Positions 28,504 to 32,000 of a DNA stretch of 32,000 nt are shown here, in pieces. The DNA lies in the NCBI GenBank assembly GCA_964510585.1, contig CAZECW010000150.1:4239-36238 (forward strand), given 5' to 3'. Position 1 is the first letter of the stretch, and each line of letters begins with the position of its first letter. The translations under genes were made by a program, and so were the position numbers. This stretch comes from an uncultured archaeon (GTDB taxonomy: Archaea; Asgardarchaeota; Jordiarchaeia; Jordiarchaeales; Jordiarchaeaceae). A model generated the notes under the pieces. That model searched no databases and was not told where the DNA came from. It saw only the letters and a list, made by a program, of their open reading frames with translations.

Positions 28504-30462
28504 CTGCCCACTTTTAGGAACGGTAGTACGTATCTGAGAATAGTTAAACCTGAGAGGCTGACATTGCGTGAGAGGGCTACCCAGATTTTTTCTTATCCCT
28601 TTAATCCTCCTTCGCCTCGGGTTTTGGCTCTGACTGGATTTTTATTGAGTATTGTGATGGGTGTAGTTTCTTATATTCCTGGAGGCAATTTGGAGAGGAT
28701 ATTACTCTATGGGGTTGGGGTGGGTGTTTTTGTGTTTGCGGTTCCAATGTTTATTTCTTCCTATTTACTGTACTTGGTGGGGAAGATTAGGAGCCCCATT
28801 TTTTCACTATCAAGATCATTGTCTTTTTGTTTGATTTTTGTCGCTGTGTGGGAGTTTTTCTTCTTCGCAGGAGCTCTTATTTCCGGAATTATGAACATTC
28901 CCGATCTTTCCTTAATCGCAACATTTTTTGGTGCGGCATTCATTTTTGCACTTTGCCTTGTAATTTTGATAACTATTTCCACCTTTGGAATCCCGCTCAG
29001 TATATTGCTCTCAAGTATTCTCCCCATTACTGGAATAACCTTCCTTGCAATAATTGTGGGCAACCTTAAAACCACTTTCATCGCTCCTTGGCTGGTTACC
29101 TTTATTATCGCAGCCTCTATTCTTGCAACACCCAATTTTGTAGCGTTTCACATAATAGAAAAGCCAATTAAAAAGAGACTAGGAGTTAGTGGTTATGAGC
29201 TGATTCGTGGATTTTTCTTGGAATGGATTCTTAAGGATTCACAAAAGATAGATAGTGTTACTGACAAATTTGGAGAAAAGGCAAGCCTTCCAGCTCTTCT
29301 AGTTGCCTTCAGATCCAAAAAGAACCACAAATTGAAGGGGTTGATATTCTCCTCCTTTATTCATTATGGTCCCTTCAAGGGGGCGGGCTCATCAGCCCTC
29401 CCGCGCCTCCTGGCACAAAAAATCGAGGAGGAAAATGATACTATACTCTCTGTTACTCATGGAGCGTGTACTCACGCCCAGAACCTTTGCAGCGCCAGAG
29501 AAACCCAAAAGGCAATTAAACAGATTGTCGGGAAACTAAAAGAAATCGAATTTAGTGATTCAGCCACACCTTTCCATCGAGTACACGAAAATGAGGCTAA
29601 GATACTCTCTGCGGTCATGGGGAACAGTATAATTATGATTTTCACCCGTTCCCCCGAAATAACAGATGATATCAACCTGAAAGTAGGCTTGTCCGCTTTG
29701 GAAAGAGCCAAGAATGAAATGCAAAAAAGTGGCTTGGAAGGCGATAGCGCGTTCTTCATAGATTCTCATAACTGCATTCTAGACACAGAAGTTCTTGTGG
29801 AACCCAACACTCCTGCAGCTGAAAACATTTTAAACGCTGTTGAAGAATCAATAAGAAAAATGGGATCCCTAAAAAAGGCTACCAAAATTAGATACGGCGT
29901 ATCTAGAACAAGGGTTCCTAGTGTTTATCGTGATTATGGATTGGGGGAGGAAGGGATAACAGTAAACATTATTGAAACTTGGCTGGATGATGAGAAGCTT
30001 GATGTTCCTAAAAGATTCGAGGACAACCATTGGAAGCAGAGGACAGCCTTAATTGTTATTGATGGAAACAATATGATTATAGGGCTGAGAGATAAAATAA
30101 TTAGCCGCCTTCTAGAAGAAAAGCTTGTTGACGAAGTTGAAGTTCTCACCTCTGACACACACACTGTGAATGCACCATCCATCCACCAACCCGACTACTA
30201 TCCCGTAGGCCGAGCAATAAACCATGAAGATTTAATTGAGGAAATAGTGAAAAACACCAGAAGAGCCATCGCAGACTTGGAAGAGGTGGAAATTGGAACA
30301 AAAGTTTTCAACATTGCCAACATTAAAATTTGGACTGATAAAAAGCTAAATGTCTTTTTTAAAGGAATCGAAGAAACAGTAAACACTTTAAAGATAATTA
30401 TCTTACCATTCTTTATCTGCGGAGTTTCTTTAGCCTTAGTATGGCTACTAATCTCAGTTTGA
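28504..30462 (+). CDS. DUF2070 family membrane protein
   Basis: Multiple N-terminal TM helices, IHYGPFKGAGSSALP, HGACTHAQN, IDSHNC, DGNNM, TSDTHTVN; start inferred at CTG 28504 after GAGGTGA (ORF track gives TTG 28564). Confidence 0.8.
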   Translation: MPTFRNGSTYLRIVKPERLTLRERATQIFSYPFNPPSPRVLALTGFLLSIVMGVVSYIPGGNLERILLYGVGVGVFVFAVPMFISSYLLYLVGKIRSPIFSLSRSLSFCLIFVAVWEFFFFAGALISGIMNIPDLSLIATFFGAAFIFALCLVILITISTFGIPLSILLSSILPITGITFLAIIVGNLKTTFIAPWLVTFIIAASILATPNFVAFHIIEKPIKKRLGVSGYELIRGFFLEWILKDSQKIDSVTDKFGEKASLPALLVAFRSKKNHKLKGLIFSSFIHYGPFKGAGSSALPRLLAQKIEEENDTILSVTHGACTHAQNLCSARETQKAIKQIVGKLKEIEFSDSATPFHRVHENEAKILSAVMGNSIIMIFTRSPEITDDINLKVGLSALERAKNEMQKSGLEGDSAFFIDSHNCILDTEVLVEPNTPAAENILNAVEESIRKMGSLKKATKIRYGVSRTRVPSVYRDYGLGEEGITVNIIETWLDDEKLDVPKRFEDNHWKQRTALIVIDGNNMIIGLRDKIISRLLEEKLVDEVEVLTSDTHTVNAPSIHQPDYYPVGRAINHEDLIEEIVKNTRRAIADLEEVEIGTKVFNIANIKIWTDKKLNVFFKGIEETVNTLKIIILPFFICGVSLALVWLLISV

Positions 30463-30469
30463 AAAAATT

Positions 30470-31312
30470 GTGGTCTCCCAAGTGATGAATTTGTCTAATA
30501 ACGAGAAAACATGGTTCGAAAAGGAGTATAAAGTGGCTTGGAAAATAGCTACTGAGGCGATTAACTTAGAGAAAAGGGAGCAATTCAAAGAAGCGAGTGA
30601 GAATTACAGAAAATCGGCTGAAATACTTTCCAAATTACTAGAAAAACCAATAAAGCAAGAATTAGGAAACTCAATTAGAACCAAAATTTATGAGTATAAG
30701 GAAAGAGCCGAACTATTAGAAAGCATTTATGAAAAACAAAAGGAAGGTATGCAACCCCAGAAAACTGAAACCATGAGTATGGTTTTGCACGGACCAGAAA
30801 TCGGCTTAAAGGCAATCCAAATCTTGAGGGAGGCATCAAGCGAAATAATGATTATGAGCTACCTGCTCTTCGAAGTTAAAACCCTAAGGGCAGAAAATAA
30901 AATCTACCGAATCGACCTTCTCGACACCCTTATCCAAAAATCGAAAAACGGAGTAAATATTAGAATAATCACCTCTCCACCAGACGTTCAAGTATTGGGA
31001 AAAAATGCCTGGAAGCAGGGCAACGCCCTCACAAAGCTATTATCCGAATCTAACATACAAATTAAGCTTTGCAGCTTTGCCCACACCAAATTCATAGTTG
31101 CAGACGGATTAGTGGTCTTTCGAGGCAGCGCCAACCTAACCAGCAGCGGTCTTTCCGGTAAAGGAGACGTGGCCGAGGCAACAAATGACGAGCGCATCAT
31201 AAATTACTACTCCACAATATTCGAAGAACGATGGCGCAACACGAGTAAGAGTTGTCAAGATTGTACCGAAAAATCCTGCCTCAAAGAATATCAGATTTCC
31301 AAGCAACAATAA
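30470..31312 (+). CDS. MIT domain + phospholipase D-like (single HKD) domain protein
   Basis: N-terminal AWKIATEAINLEKREQFKEASENYRKSAEIL...IRTKIYEYKERAELL (MIT pattern); C-terminal HTKFIVAD and GSANLT; terminal CQDCTEKSC. Confidence 0.8.
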   Translation: MVSQVMNLSNNEKTWFEKEYKVAWKIATEAINLEKREQFKEASENYRKSAEILSKLLEKPIKQELGNSIRTKIYEYKERAELLESIYEKQKEGMQPQKTETMSMVLHGPEIGLKAIQILREASSEIMIMSYLLFEVKTLRAENKIYRIDLLDTLIQKSKNGVNIRIITSPPDVQVLGKNAWKQGNALTKLLSESNIQIKLCSFAHTKFIVADGLVVFRGSANLTSSGLSGKGDVAEATNDERIINYYSTIFEERWRNTSKSCQDCTEKSCLKEYQISKQQ

Positions 31313-31469
31313 ACATGCTAAAACACCAAACATTTCGACTACACATTGGGGTGCAAAAATTGGGTCTTAGAGTAGATTTAGTTGTGAAAATTTAGCTTGT
31401 TTGAGTTTGCCAATACTTTTAAATAGTATCCTTCAATTTAATGCAGTTGGGCGAGGTGCCATAGGAAAA

Positions 31470-31775
31470 ATGGGCAATAGTTATGGCTTAAAACGCTTAG
31501 TCCTCGACGTTCTTAAACCACATCAACCAGTTTTACCAGACTTTGCAGAAGAGCTGGGAAAAGTAAACGGAGTTATGGGAGTCAACATTACACTCATAGA
31601 GGTTGACGCCGAAACTGAAAGTGTTAAAATAACAATCGAAGGAAACAAGCTAAACTACAATGAAGTTAAGGAAAAAATCGAGAGCCTAGGAGCAGTAATC
31701 CACTCCGTAGACCAAGTGGTCTCTGGAACAATGGTCGTCGAAGAAGTGAAAACAGCCCAAGACAACTATAAATAA
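31470..31775 (+). CDS. DUF211 family protein
   Basis: LKRLVLDVLKPHQP, GVNITLIEVD, GAVIHSVDQV; start at ATG 31470. Confidence 0.85.
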   Translation: MGNSYGLKRLVLDVLKPHQPVLPDFAEELGKVNGVMGVNITLIEVDAETESVKITIEGNKLNYNEVKEKIESLGAVIHSVDQVVSGTMVVEEVKTAQDNYK

Positions 31776-31854
31776 ACTCACCAATCCGGGTAATTGGGCA
31801 AGGTAAACCCTGTTCTTTAAAACAAATATAAATAAACCTAAGTTTTACAAAACC

Positions 31855-31900
31855 TTGGCGAGAAAGCCCCCGACTTCAAGTCGTGGGGATGAATCGCCAA
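31855..31900. mobile_element. IS200/IS605-family-like terminal hairpin (element or MITE probably continues beyond the window)
   Basis: TTGGCGA-gaaag-CCCCCGACT-tca-AGTCGtGGGG-atgaa-TCGCCAA nested imperfect hairpin. Confidence 0.55.
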
Positions 31901-32000
31901 AAAAGTTTATTTGAAAGTAGGGTATGTAAATAGTTGTTGGTAGCTGAAGGGTTTGGCTTGGGCTTTAAGGGGCTAAACAAGACTCAGCCCCCATGAGGGT

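Noticed and set aside
1..32000. CRISPR array, tRNA (including tRNA-Sec) or rRNA
   Set aside because: No regularly spaced repeats or cloverleaf/rRNA signatures recognised by eye.

Overview
Archaeal chromosomal window, inferred to be from an Asgard-like lineage (eukaryote-style SECIS, MIT domain, multiple V4R-fold proteins, GGAGG/GAGGTG RBSs). It carries acyl-CoA/aromatic-acid catabolic genes (two PaaK-like ligases, amidohydrolase, SDR, thiolase + DUF35, acyl-CoA dehydrogenase, EtfB and ferredoxin-fused EtfA), an M42 peptidase, panB, and DUF2070/DUF211. Main observations: (1) a selenoprotein operon that the ORF track breaks or misses: hdrA (two in-frame UGA, apparent ATA start) and mvhD (two in-frame UGA), followed by a kink-turn SECIS-like hairpin and an FdhB/FrhB-like gene; (2) a MIT + phospholipase-D-fold protein with the domain order of eukaryotic MITD1 but an intact HKD motif; (3) a ~6.5 kb island bounded by a duplicated 3' end of the M42 peptidase gene, containing a decayed IS607-like element; (4) tandem KaiC/RAD55-like pseudo-ATPase-V4R fusions; (5) several genes apparently starting at ATA/CTG. 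All family calls are from motif recognition by eye; no database searches were run.
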